Source of the DNA: Selaginella moellendorffii
Lineage: Eukaryota > Plantae > Lycopodiophyta
Direction of reading: 5' to 3'
Length of the DNA stretch: 64,000 nucleotides
Assembly: GCF_000143415.4 (NCBI RefSeq)
Contig: NW_003314278.1
Location: forward strand, 1,500,362-1,564,361
The notes under the pieces are model-generated. The model ran no database searches, was not told the DNA's origin, and was given only the letters and a program-made list of their open reading frames with translations. Below, piece by piece: positions 25,967-37,155 of the stretch. The first letter of the stretch is position 1, and each line of letters begins with the position of its first letter. Both the position numbers and the translations under genes were made by a program.

Positions 25967-26234
25967 CCTCGGGCATTGGCTCGGAATCATCCGAGACGAT
26001 GAATCCTTGCAGCAATGCTGCTGCTCCTCCGGCGATCAGAGGCGACCCAGGATGATTTCCAGTGATCCTAGCTCCGGGAAATCGGGAAGAAGAAGAGATC
26101 AGCGCGAGAGATGCGGCGGGCGCGAGATCGGGAGGCCCAACGTCGTCGTCGTCGTCTCCACACGCGCACGGACGCGGCGCCACGAAACTGTCCAAGGCTT
26201 TGAATCGATCGTCGCTGCTATCGATCATCGACAT
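25967..26234 (-). CDS. Possible first exon of a hypothetical gene (downstream exons not resolved)
   Basis: GC-rich ATG ORF MSMIDSSDDRFKALDSF...EPMPE ending at a canonical GAG|gtaag donor. No recognisable domain. Confidence 0.3.
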
Positions 26235-26873
26235 GGTGTTGCCTCCCCGCGATGTGATTAAGCAACGAATCGATAAAACAATTTTGCGGATTTCGCGGGC
26301 ACCGGGATTTAAATACCTGTTTGTTTTTCCAGCGTGGCTGACGGCGACTGCCGAGTGGGCGGCAGTCAGCTTGCGGTCAGCGAGAACACCGGATAGAATA
26401 TGCTATCTCCGCTTGTGCCACGCAAGAAGCACGTGCGCGCCCGTGTCGGCACGTGTCCTCGCGCTGGTAGCGAGCGTGCTGCGGCTTTCGCCGTGGCTCT
26501 CCTCTTTCCAAATGTGGTGGCGCTGCTACATTTGGCGGTGGTGCCAGAGGTGACGCCTGGTTTCGTGGACCACCACCATTTACTCTTTGTGTTGGTTGGA
26601 AGAGAGAATCTTCGATGGCGTCGCATTCCCCAGCTGAATTATGTTGGTACCCTCTTAAGCTTGTTAGAATTTGTCATAATATTATCCATTTCTTAAACAT
26701 AATAATAAATAATATGAAACAAGCCAGATATCTTTTAATAATAATAGTACTATTATTATATTTATTACTCATATAAAACAAGGAACGTTTCTTATTCTAG
26801 CTAACGTAATAAACGCTAAAATGAGATCAAGCGATGGAAGCTCTGGAACGCTTTCCTCCTTTTGAGAGAGTCT

Positions 26874-27294
26874 TCACCTGGGAACAGTAATTCCTGCACA
26901 AATCAAAGCAAAACATCAATACTTTTGAGATTGAGACGACGATTCAAAGATGAACCATCCAAAACGTACCTTGGCAAGTGAAGCCCGAGGGGATGTAGGA
27001 CGAGTAGCCGCAGGCCTTGGGAATGGCCAGAGCGTTGTTGAGATTGATGCTACTAAGCTGGGATTTGGCGTAGACGAGCGTACTGCAAAGGCAGCTGGGA
27101 TTGCTGCGGTAGGCCATCATCGCGGAGCAGCAACTCGAGGTAACCGAGCCCGAGCCAGTGGCCGCCGGGAGGCAAGCCTGCAGATTCGTGAACTTGCTAG
27201 TGTCGCACGACTGACCCAGCGCCGCTCGAGGCGAGGACGCGAGGAGCGCCAGCGCCACCACCGCCACCACCGCCACCATCTTTGACAGCTCCAT
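26874..27294 (-). CDS. Non-specific lipid transfer protein (8-Cys motif), 2 exons
   Basis: Signal peptide, then C..C..CC..CLC..C..C. Donor caag|gtacg at ~26969, short final exon GITVPR*. TATA-like tataaa ~120 bp upstream. Confidence 0.9.
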
Positions 27295-29304
27295 TCTCTT
27301 AGAGATCTAGAGTCTAGCGCGAGAGAGATCGGGAAGCGAGAATGTAAGAGATACTTTTCTGGAATGGAAAATGTGAAGGAATGATCTTTGGAGCGATCTT
27401 GGTGGCGAGAGAGTTTATATACCCTGGAAAGCCATTAAAGTTTTAGTCCCAGACAGCTAGACCAAGCTTACCAAACGCTCTCCAACCTTCATCAATGCCG
27501 CGACGCCGACGCGAGAAAAAAAGGAAAGCTGTAGAAAACTAAGTTCCAACCTGTGTTGGAACGATAAATATGTTGGGCGATTGGATCTAGAAACGGACGG
27601 TCGCCAAGAATCAAATTTGAATCTTCCATTCCACAGTCGGATCAAGGTTGAGCTAAGGAAGACGTGGTCAACACGGCCGAGAAACAGCCCAACTGAGCGC
27701 GACCTTGACTTGCTACTCACTGTTGTGGTGCGGAGCTCCTCCTTTTGCTTTGGCAGCTCCTTGAATTGAATTCGATGCGGCCAAAAACTCTTTGGTTGCA
27801 TTGTCATTTTCTCACGAGTACAAGTATAGGTGGAAGAAGGGAGAGAGATCCAGGGTCGCCTCCAAGAGTCCGGAAGACAAAGATTATTGCGCGTCGTCAA
27901 ATATCTCCCAGAGAGAGTCTGCATCGGGGCTACGTGTCGATCGAGTTAATTGGCCCGAGAACACCAAAGTCATTCTTGTCGATTCTTACAAAACGCTACA
28001 AAGTCCTGCAAGCTCTAATTACATTGAATCTCTTCATCAATTCAATAGTGTAAGACGACAGCAGGGGCATTTGCAGAGGCACAAGCTTTCGAATCCGGAG
28101 GAGCTGGGGATTTGAAATATTTTCCCGGGAGCAACTTGGGTCCCAAAAAACGGCCCGTGGCAAACAATTCTTGAGGCTTGGAAAAAAAAAACTACCAAGA
28201 AAAAAAATAAAAACAATGGTCGTGTCACACAACTACGTTGGCAACTGTTGCAACTGGAGAAACGATCAATGCCGCCTACAGGAGCAGCAGCAAAGGATGA
28301 TATGATAGAATTCTTAAAAAAGATGCCATTGGGAACTGGTGAGTGCTGCTTGTTGCTGGTTTCACCACTTTTTCATTGTTGTTACTTTCGCCACCTTTTG
28401 CTTCTTCATCTAGGCAACAAGGGAAAAAAAAGGAGAAATTTTTTGCACTTTTCTATCTTATAAGATCTTAAACTCTGACATCCATTTTGTGTTATATCAC
28501 TTTTTTTCTAAAAATCTGTAAAAATAGGATTAGGCACTGATAATCTAAGCCGGATCGCTGCCGGAAGCTTACGGTTCAGTTCGACATGGCCAGAGAAGAT
28601 CGATACACAATCAAAGATTCTCCAAAACACACAGAGATATTCCCTTGCACAGCGGGGACGTGTCAATCGTCCGTGCGACAGTGTTTGGTAAGTAGCCAAA
28701 GCGTGTGTGGTCCCCAAAAATACAAAAACAAAACAAATAAAACAATTTCGTATTTCTACCCGGTGGGTAGAATAGTAACTCGTAAAAATAAACCAAAATC
28801 CCCGTCCGAGATAATAGTAACTTCTGCTGCCTGCGCCAATAATATTAATAAACAAACATCCAAGACAGTGACCTGTGGGCCGGTTAGGGCAAAAAAAAAA
28901 AAAGCTACCCCTCCAATAATTCAAGCCTGGGCCTTTGCGGACGCCAGACCTCCTCTCCAATCCGCTGGACGGTGTCTCCTCCATTCATTTGGTATGTTTG
29001 CTTTACCTATCTATTTTATTGGTTTCCTTCTTTCCTCTTGTCTAGGCTTTTGCTTTTGGGAGTGGGATTGATCCATCCTTCCCTCGCCTCTCGCGGGAGG
29101 GGAGCGAGCGAGCGCGCGCGCGAGAGAGAGAGAGAGAGAGGTAGTGCGCTCTCTTCCTTCTTCTTTGATCTTCCCCTTTCTTCTTCCCTTTCTCGCCTCG
29201 CCCCTCGAAACCCCCAAATAGCCACCATGATCCCTCGTTCTGTGTAGAGAGAGCTCAAATCTTCTTCCTCCTCCTCCTCGGTTCTCCGATCGATCACGGC
29301 GGTC

Positions 29305-30297
29305 ATGACTGCTGGTAAGCGCCCAAGGCTGATGATGAGGAGGACCGTGAGCGTTGCCTCGCTCGGAGCAGGAGCAGCAGCAGCAGCAGCAGCAGCAGGA
29401 GGATGCGGTGGAGAAGTGGCAGCGGCCGTGGCTGCCGGATCTGATCACCCTCTATCGGCCGATCACCAGTTCCAGCGCCCCCAGCATCCGCATGTTGTTG
29501 TTCCACACCAGGTGATCGGCTTCGCAGCGCCCACCGAGGATCCATCTCCGTCGGCGGCCACCACCCTGCCTCCCTCGCCCGCCGGTACGAAATCCAGGCC
29601 TTTCTCGGGTCTCAGCATCCTTGCGGATCCCAGCAACAAGGAGCTCGGGCCCTGTTCTCCTCACGGGAAGGTCGGCCTGGGGATCGTAGCGGCATTGGAC
29701 AAGGACGAGTTAAGTGGTTCTTCTTCGCCAACTTCGGTGATCCGATCCTCCTTGGCCCAGGCCGGCGTCGTCGCTCCTGCGAAGAACTTCCACTACCATC
29801 AGTCCGCTCGCTACAACATGCACGACACTCACCAGCGCAAGCACAAGGATGCCGCCGACTCCGCCACCTTCCACCTTTGCCTCGAGGCCAATTCCACCAA
29901 GTGCGCGCTCCGGCCGTCGTTCACCACGCTCGGCTTCCTGGACTCGTGCTACCAGTGCAAGCGGGACATCTCTCACGGCCGAGACATCTTCATGTACAAG
30001 TACGTGCACCGCTGCTGGCTCGCTGTGCTCGCTTGCTCGTTGCTTTGTTTCGTTGCCTTTCGATTTTTAGCCAGATCTCGCGCTCACACGAGTTTGCTGT
30101 GTGTGTGTGCCTGCAGAGGTGACAGAGCATTCTGCAGTGCTGAATGTCGACACCAACAAATTTTGAACGATGAGCGTTTGGAGCGAAGAGAGAAGTGTAC
30201 CTCAGCGGCGCTCAAGCAGATGGGGAGTGTTCCTCAGCAGGTTCGTCACAACCAGCGGGCCAAAGTTACACCGGCAACCACTGCTGCTGCTGCTTAG
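29305..30297 (+). CDS. FLZ: FCS-like zinc finger protein (FLZ/DUF581), intron 30000-30116
   Basis: FLDSCYQCKRDISHGRDIFMYK|GDRAFCSAECRHQQI, plus the VGLGIVAAL motif and an N-terminal GKRPR..MRRTVS motif. Contains (GCA)n poly-Ala. Confidence 0.93.
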   Translation: MTAGKRPRLMMRRTVSVASLGAGAAAAAAAAGGCGGEVAAAVAAGSDHPLSADHQFQRPQHPHVVVPHQVIGFAAPTEDPSPSAATTLPPSPAGTKSRPFSGLSILADPSNKELGPCSPHGKVGLGIVAALDKDELSGSSSPTSVIRSSLAQAGVVAPAKNFHYHQSARYNMHDTHQRKHKDAADSATFHLCLEANSTKCALRPSFTTLGFLDSCYQCKRDISHGRDIFMYKYVHRCWLAVLACSLLCFVAFRFLARSRAHTSLLCVCACRGDRAFCSAECRHQQILNDERLERREKCTSAALKQMGSVPQQVRHNQRAKVTPATTAAAA

Positions 30298-30608
30298 GAT
30301 GGGGTCACAGCTTCTCTCCCGATCAACGTCGCTCTAATTTTGTGTATTATATTGTCAAGAAGAAAAATTTTTGCAAAGCGGGGTATCATGGAGGCAAGGA
30401 TCAAAGCTGTAGCCTCCATAAGAGTCAAGTCTTTAAGCACGTAATAACGAAAAAGAAAAAAAAAAACAAGGTGCTGTTATATATGCTACTTCTACGTACC
30501 TGAAGGCTCGGAATGAGAAAAAAGCTGTGCAAGCCTGCACGAGATGCGAGTGCAATGATGCTCTACACTGATTCCTGGAGAGTGGTGGTGAGTACTTGTT
30601 ACACCACC

Positions 30609-32641
30609 TCAAGCATCTAACAGTGCGGAGGTGGAAAGCGTAAGCAGATGGTAATCCAATGTCCGCAAATTCACCTGGCACTCATCGATGTTAGAACCAA
30701 ACAAACAAACGGTCTGAACAAGTTACCAGCACGGCGGTTCCCGAATCACAAAAGCGCGGAATCGAAATGGCCCTCACCGATTTCCCTTCAACTTTTTGGA
30801 AGAAGAAACAGTCAGTCGGTGGCAAGAAACTGGGCCAAGCAGATATACATACCAGTAAGTAAGCGAGACATACAGCTCCTCTGATTTCCACAGAAGTAAA
30901 CATGTGGACATTTGTCCAGAACGAACGGATCCTTATCGGTGTATGGGTAACAGCCTGCTCGCAGCACAGAGTGAACGATGTAATTTGCGTGACAGCATAC
31001 CCAGTGTATCAGGAGCTGTAGGCGCAATATGTCTCCAGCGCAGTGATCTTTCCATAAGCTCGAGGACATCTTTGGCTTGCGAGTACTTGTCAAGATCATC
31101 GACATTTTGTCCAGATGTGCCGAGAAACCTGAATGCTAAAACACGGAACTTGTTGATCCCCGAACAGTAATATCAAACAGAGAACACTTACTCTATACCG
31201 TCCAGTTCAAATCGATGAGGATTTGTCGCAGGTAAAAAGGTACAGTAAGCAGAAGCTCCAGGAAAAAGACACTTATGCAAGGACTGGAACAGTGTTTCAA
31301 TTGTGGTGGTCATATCAACAAGCATTTCATACCTGCTGGGGCAAAGTAAAGTTTGCAGGGTCATTTGCTCCGGGCATAATATCAACTGGCATTGCTGCTG
31401 CTATCTGTTACAAGCCCAATGTCAGTAGCAAATGCGAGTGCACGGACTTACTTGAGTTAGCACAAGGTCGAGCTCCTTCACTGGTTCAGTCAACCTCGCT
31501 TGGTCCTTGGCGGAAATAGCCTGCAAATGCTAATCAAAGTGAACAAGAGCATATAAAATGTTTTTTTGGAAGACAAACCTGCCCAGCGAGTAAGTTATAT
31601 TGCATATCAAGAGAATTTCCCGCAACTATCAGACGAACGACCTGAGCGCTCAACATTTGCTCCTAAACAATAAAGATCACATAAATTTTGATATATTCCT
31701 GTTGTCCGTTTACCTGTTCGTCACCCAAATGACCAGTAAGGTGATCAACCAAGAGCTGTAGTTGCAAAGGGTCACAATGATCACTACCAATCCTCAAGCC
31801 AGAGATGAAAGCGACATACTTGTCCTCTGAGAAAAGACGCGATCAGACGCAAAACTTCAAGTATAGGCAGGCTCGCTTGCCTGTGATGGAAGGCAAAGGT
31901 GGCTGAGGTGGTAAACCGGGCTCGATAATTTCTTGTACAAAGAAGTCGCCGTCCTTTCCTGCCGCTCCACAAGCAGCAATGACAATGCCTGCGAGCAAAA
32001 AATGTGATTTTTTCCGAACACTTGGTCCTAAAGATACATACCGGTAACATAATTCGAGGGCACAACCACGCTGCCCACGAGCTTCACGCGACCACTCTCA
32101 TCTTCTAGCACCAAATAATCATCTGGATGCATGAAATTAGAAGCTGTTGCGAGTGGAAGCTTTGAGCGCTGCAGGAGAAAAGTGTCACACAACGAAGAAA
32201 AGAAAAGTGTATGGTTACCTCTTTTGCGTATTCATCCAGAATAGATGGCTTGAGCTTCATCTGCTTGTAGATCGTTCCAATCACAACGCAACGCTTTCCA
32301 TCTTCCAGTCCCAAGATCGGACAAACTACGAAGCAAAAAAAACAGCGATGCCAACCCGAGAAGAAAAAAGAATCTCTCACCTGGAACACCAGGAAAGCCG
32401 GATTGAACGAGCGAGCTGAGAACTCCACGAAGCTTGTGCAGCCGGCAGTAATAGAGGTGGCTGTACTGCTGGCCCTTGTACCGCTGGACGCGCCGCTCGA
32501 AATCTTCATCCTGGGCGGCGCAGCAGCTAGGAATGCCGAAAGCGATCTTGCGAAACCGATTTCACGCACCTTCCGAGTGTATCGCGCCTCCTTCCTCTCC
32601 AGCGGCGGGGCGTCGTCCACCTCCATCGCCACTGCCGCCAT
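30609..32641 (-). CDS. POLD2: DNA polymerase delta small (B) subunit, multi-exon
   Basis: [109 protein letters not shown]. Confidence 0.93.
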
Positions 32642-33456
32642 AGCCACCAAGAACCCTAAAAACCAAACTAGCCGTTTGGAAAACCCCCGTCGATAATACA
32701 GGCCGAGCAAAGCACTGCGAGATCCATGGAATTGTTTAGTCCCCCCGAGAAGGACAAGGCCCCAACAGCACTGTGAATCGCGTGAATCTTCTCCTGGCCC
32801 CGCCGAATTGATGAGAATTCATGGAGATCGAGGGCCCCCACAGCCCAAGAATCGCGAGCTCTCATTGTCAAAGCACCATACGGACTTGGATTGGGGGACC
32901 CCATCGCTTCGCTCGCGACATAAAATCGCGTCTCATCGCCCTCGCCCACTTGCTTTTGTTCGTTTCTTCCTCTCTCTACTTTTTTGGCTTTCGCCATAGC
33001 CAAGAGAGCATAAACAAATGCCAGTGGCCCACGTCACCGCGTACGAATCACCTGGCCGGTGTGTGTACGGCGGGGGGTGGCCATGGCTGGCCATGGCTCC
33101 ACGTGACGGGCGCGGCCCCACTGCGCTAGCAGACGGAGCATCGAATCTCCCGCGCGGGGTCCATGAAGTGACGCCACCTGGCCCCGCAGCCGTCATAATA
33201 TCCACCATGCCGTCACCGTGGTGCCATAGCCTCCACTTTGCAAATAAAATGGGGAAGGGAAGAACTTTCACACACCTCTCTCTCCCCCTCTCCTCCTCTC
33301 TGTCGGCAGGAAAAATTTTAGGGGTCGATCGAAAGCTTGGGGGATGCGACTGGGATCGCGGGTTTTGAGCGAATTGAATTCCCTGTGTCACGCAGACGCG
33401 ATCCTCACACAAACGATTTGGGTGGATCGATTCTCACACCCCCAAGGAGCGCACAG

Positions 33457-34074
33457 ATGATGATCTCCAGGCAGCGGGAGCGCATTTCGAGCAATCTGAC
33501 GTGCTTGATCCGGGAGCAGCGCGGCAAGAAGATCGGATCGTGCGTGGGATCACGGCGGGAGAAGCTCTTGGGGCTCAACACCAGTCCCGCGGGCTCGGCG
33601 GATTCGACCAGTGAATTGATCGAGGAGGAAGTGTGGGCGGTGATGTACCCGGAGGAGATCCAGTGGGACGATCAATTGCGGCGGCACGAGAGCAATCGAT
33701 TGTTCCGGGCGTGGATGTCGGCCAACTGGGAGGGAAATGGGAATCTTGCGAGCCCATCTCCCAATTCTTCGCGGCGATCGACAATCCAGCGCGCCGACCC
33801 CATCAATGTGCCCGATTGGACCAAGATCCTCCAGCAGAAGCGCAAGAGCGCGGGATCGCCCGAGCTGGAGCTGGAGCTCGCCGACGAGGAGGAGAAGGAG
33901 AATCACGAGTGGATTCCGCCGCACAAGCTAGCTGCGAGGCAAGACGCGGCGCGAATTCGCACGAGCTCCATGGTCGCCTTCTCGGTTCTCGAGGGCGCGG
34001 GCAGGACGCTCAAGGGCAGAGATTTGAGGCGAGTGAGAAACGCGGTGTGGGCGCAAACCGGCTTGATTGATTGA
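33457..34074 (+). CDS. Senescence regulator S40 family (DUF584), intronless
   Basis: PINVPDWTKIL, WIPPH, FSVLEGAGRTLKGRDLRRVRNAVWAQTG. First ATG of the ORF is at 33457. Confidence 0.92.
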   Translation: MMISRQRERISSNLTCLIREQRGKKIGSCVGSRREKLLGLNTSPAGSADSTSELIEEEVWAVMYPEEIQWDDQLRRHESNRLFRAWMSANWEGNGNLASPSPNSSRRSTIQRADPINVPDWTKILQQKRKSAGSPELELELADEEEKENHEWIPPHKLAARQDAARIRTSSMVAFSVLEGAGRTLKGRDLRRVRNAVWAQTGLID

Positions 34075-34198
34075 TTGGCGTACGGATTAGGTTGTTGGGG
34101 TTGTACGGATTGTTTTCTACCCACTTTAGCTAAGAACCCTAAAAGGAGATCAGTGTATTCTTCTCTGTCACTGTGTGATCTTCGAATGGTGTGCTCCA

Positions 34199-37006
34199 AT
34201 GGATGCTCGCGGCGGCTTTGTGGCGGTCAGGGATCCTCGCGGGAAGAATTACGAAGCCCTAGTGGCTCTTCTCCGAGAATGCAGGGTCTTGAGCGATGGC
34301 CGGCGCATCCATGCCAAGATCCGCGACCACGGGCTCGATAGGGATGTGTTCTTGGGAAATTTGTTGATCCAGATGTATGGGAAATGCGGCAGCGCGGAGG
34401 AGGCATCCAGGGTTTTCCAAGAAATGGCGCGCAAGAACGACTTCTCGTGGACGCTCATGATCGGCGCCTACACGCGCAACGATCGCCACGGCGATGCGGT
34501 GGATTTCTTCTTCCGCGCGATGGCCGGCGAGAGAGTGGAGCCAGATGCCTTCGCGTACTCGGCGGTTCTTGGCGCTTGTGCTAAGATGGGAGCTCTCGAT
34601 CGAGGTAAGGAGATTCACGCTAGGATTATAGCTTGTGGAGCTGACACCGACCTCGTCGTCCAGAATGCGCTCGTGAGCATGTACGCTAAGTGCCGGAGCT
34701 TGGACGATGCATGGGGAGTTTTCCAGAAGATCAGGATCAAAGACGTCGTGTCTTGGAACGCGATCATCTCTGGGTATGTCTTTCACGGCCACGCTCGCGA
34801 AGCTCTGGGTGTTTATCATCGAATGCTGCTGGAAGGTAGCGAGCCGGATGCTATCACTTTCTCCACAGTTCTCAGCGCTTGTTCGAGCATGGGACTCTTG
34901 AGCCAAGGTAAGGAGCTTCACGCAAGGATTGTTTCCATGGGACTCGACTCAAACTTGACTTTGCAGAATTCTCTCGTGAACATGTATGGCAAGTGCAAGG
35001 ATCTGGAGAGTGCGAGGAAATTTTTCGACGGGATGACGCTGAGAGATTCCAGCTCCTGGAGCGCGCTCTTGGGAGCGTACACGCAACAGGGTCATGGAAA
35101 GCTAGCGCTCACGCTCTTTCAGCGGATGGACTTGGAAGGTATAGACCCGGATGTTTTCACTTTCATTGCGGTGTTTAGTGCTTGCGCTAAGGTTGGAGTG
35201 TTGGATCAGGGCCGGAGTATTCACGAGCGGTTTCTAGCAGCGGGCTTTAAGCCTGACGTCGTGACGGGCACTGCGTTGCTGAATATGTTCGCAAAGTGTC
35301 GCAGCATTTCGGACGCAAAGAACGTTTTCGACCGCATGGAAACGAAGAATCGTGTCACTTGGAACGCTATGCTGGCGGCCTACGTTCAAACCGGGGGTAA
35401 CCAAGCTGCTCTCGAGCTCTTCAAAGTCATGGATAGAGAACCGGACGTGTTTACCTTCTCGACACTTTTCTCTGCTTGCTCAAACTTGCGCTCGCTGGAT
35501 GCCGGCAGAGCTATCCACAAACGACTTGGTAAGTCGCTGGTTTCGGATTTGATTCTACAGAACGCCCTGCTAAACATGTATTCCAAATGTGGCAGCTTGG
35601 CCGACGTACGAAAAGTTTTCGAGAGCATGGACAGACGAGACATTGTTTCGTGGAACGCAGTTATCGGTGCACACGTTCTTCACGAACAGTTCAGGGAGGC
35701 TCTCAGCTTGTTCAAGAGCATGAAGATGAAGCCGGACGCCATCACATTTGCTATCGCTCTCACGGCCTGTGCGAGTTTAGAAGCACTTGAAGAAGGCAGG
35801 GAAATTCACAGGAAGACGGTGGAAGCTGGACTGGAATCGGTTACCATGGTGCGCAATGCACTCGTAACCATGTACGCAAGATGTGGAAGCCTCGAGGATG
35901 CACAGGGAGCTTTTACGGGCACGGTATACAGGGACGTGGTCTCCTGGAGCGCCTTGATAGCAGCACACGCTCAGCATGGACAAGACTTGGAGGCCATCAA
36001 AGTCTATCGCCGGATGAACTTGGAGGGGATTGAGGCAGACGTCTTCACGTTTGCCAGCATTTTGAGCGCGGTTTCCTCTCCGGGTCTTCTACCGGAAGGA
36101 AGAACTGTCCACAGGCAGATTATCTCTCGGGGACTCGAAAGCGATACAGTCGTGGGGACTGCGCTCGTCAACATGTACGCCAGGTGTGGAGACGTGGTTA
36201 CTGCCAGGACGAACTTTGACAACCTCTGCTCGAAGAACATCGTGTCCTGGAACGCGATGATAGCGGGCTACGTCCAAGCCGGATCCAGCCAGGAAGCCTT
36301 GCTGCTCTACGAGAAGATGCAGCAGGACGAGGCCAAACCGAAAGCAGACGGACTCACCTTCGCCAGTGTCCTGGCTGCGTGTTCCAACCTCGGAGAGATT
36401 TCAAGGGGACGAAAACTCCACGACGACGTCGCTGCCAGTGACTTTGCCGAGGATCTGATCGTCCAGAACGCTCTCGTCGACATGTATGGGAAGTGCGGCA
36501 ACTTGGTGGAATCCAGGAACGTCTTCGAAGGGATCAAGAGCAGGAGTGTGATCTCCTGGACGTCGATGGTCACGGCGTACGCTCGGCACGGCCATGGAGC
36601 CGAGGCAGTGGAGCTGGTCTGGCGGATGAGCTTGGAAGGCGTGGAAGCCGACGACGTTACTCTCACCAGCATCCTTCAGGCTTGCAGCCACTCGGGCCTG
36701 GTGGACGCCGCTGGCAGCGTGTTTGGCACAGTGGTGAGAGACCAGGGGATGGAGCTGAGCATCGAGCACAAGCTGTGCTTGATGGATCTGCTGGGACGCA
36801 CCGGGTGGATCGAGGAGGCCGAGGAGTTCCTGGCGAGCAGCGAGGATCTCAAAGCTCGCGCCGCGTCATGGACGAGCTTCCTCAGCGCTTGCGAGCGCCA
36901 GAGCGAGCAGGGGAGAGCGGGCAGAGCGGCGAGAGAATTTGGGCGTTTGCATCCCAGGGAGAGCGCCAAGTTCGTCATCCTCTCAAACATGTTACACGCG
37001 ATTTAA
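34199..37006 (+). CDS. Large PLS-class PPR protein with E domain, no DYW, intronless
   Basis: Repeated P-L-S triplets (NALVSMYAKCGSL.DA..VF; DVVSWNA.I; PDA.TF..VL.AC) ending ACSHSGLV, MDLLGRTG, FVILSN. Confidence 0.93.
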   Translation: MDARGGFVAVRDPRGKNYEALVALLRECRVLSDGRRIHAKIRDHGLDRDVFLGNLLIQMYGKCGSAEEASRVFQEMARKNDFSWTLMIGAYTRNDRHGDAVDFFFRAMAGERVEPDAFAYSAVLGACAKMGALDRGKEIHARIIACGADTDLVVQNALVSMYAKCRSLDDAWGVFQKIRIKDVVSWNAIISGYVFHGHAREALGVYHRMLLEGSEPDAITFSTVLSACSSMGLLSQGKELHARIVSMGLDSNLTLQNSLVNMYGKCKDLESARKFFDGMTLRDSSSWSALLGAYTQQGHGKLALTLFQRMDLEGIDPDVFTFIAVFSACAKVGVLDQGRSIHERFLAAGFKPDVVTGTALLNMFAKCRSISDAKNVFDRMETKNRVTWNAMLAAYVQTGGNQAALELFKVMDREPDVFTFSTLFSACSNLRSLDAGRAIHKRLGKSLVSDLILQNALLNMYSKCGSLADVRKVFESMDRRDIVSWNAVIGAHVLHEQFREALSLFKSMKMKPDAITFAIALTACASLEALEEGREIHRKTVEAGLESVTMVRNALVTMYARCGSLEDAQGAFTGTVYRDVVSWSALIAAHAQHGQDLEAIKVYRRMNLEGIEADVFTFASILSAVSSPGLLPEGRTVHRQIISRGLESDTVVGTALVNMYARCGDVVTARTNFDNLCSKNIVSWNAMIAGYVQAGSSQEALLLYEKMQQDEAKPKADGLTFASVLAACSNLGEISRGRKLHDDVAASDFAEDLIVQNALVDMYGKCGNLVESRNVFEGIKSRSVISWTSMVTAYARHGHGAEAVELVWRMSLEGVEADDVTLTSILQACSHSGLVDAAGSVFGTVVRDQGMELSIEHKLCLMDLLGRTGWIEEAEEFLASSEDLKARAASWTSFLSACERQSEQGRAGRAAREFGRLHPRESAKFVILSNMLHAI

Positions 37007-37155
37007 AATGGAAGCTATTCTCGTCTAAATCTAGCAGATTCCCGTTACAGAATATTCCTGTTCTGCGAATATGCTCTGACAAATGTAGAGAATATTCTCT
37101 GGAAAGTTTTTCTGTACGTGGCAACGCCAGGCACGATCTTCTCACTCGTTTTCCC

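Noticed and set aside
27457-29071. Several 100-160 aa ORFs between the nsLTP and FLZ genes
   Set aside because: Mutually overlapping, mostly non-ATG starts, no motifs. Consistent with a divergent promoter region.
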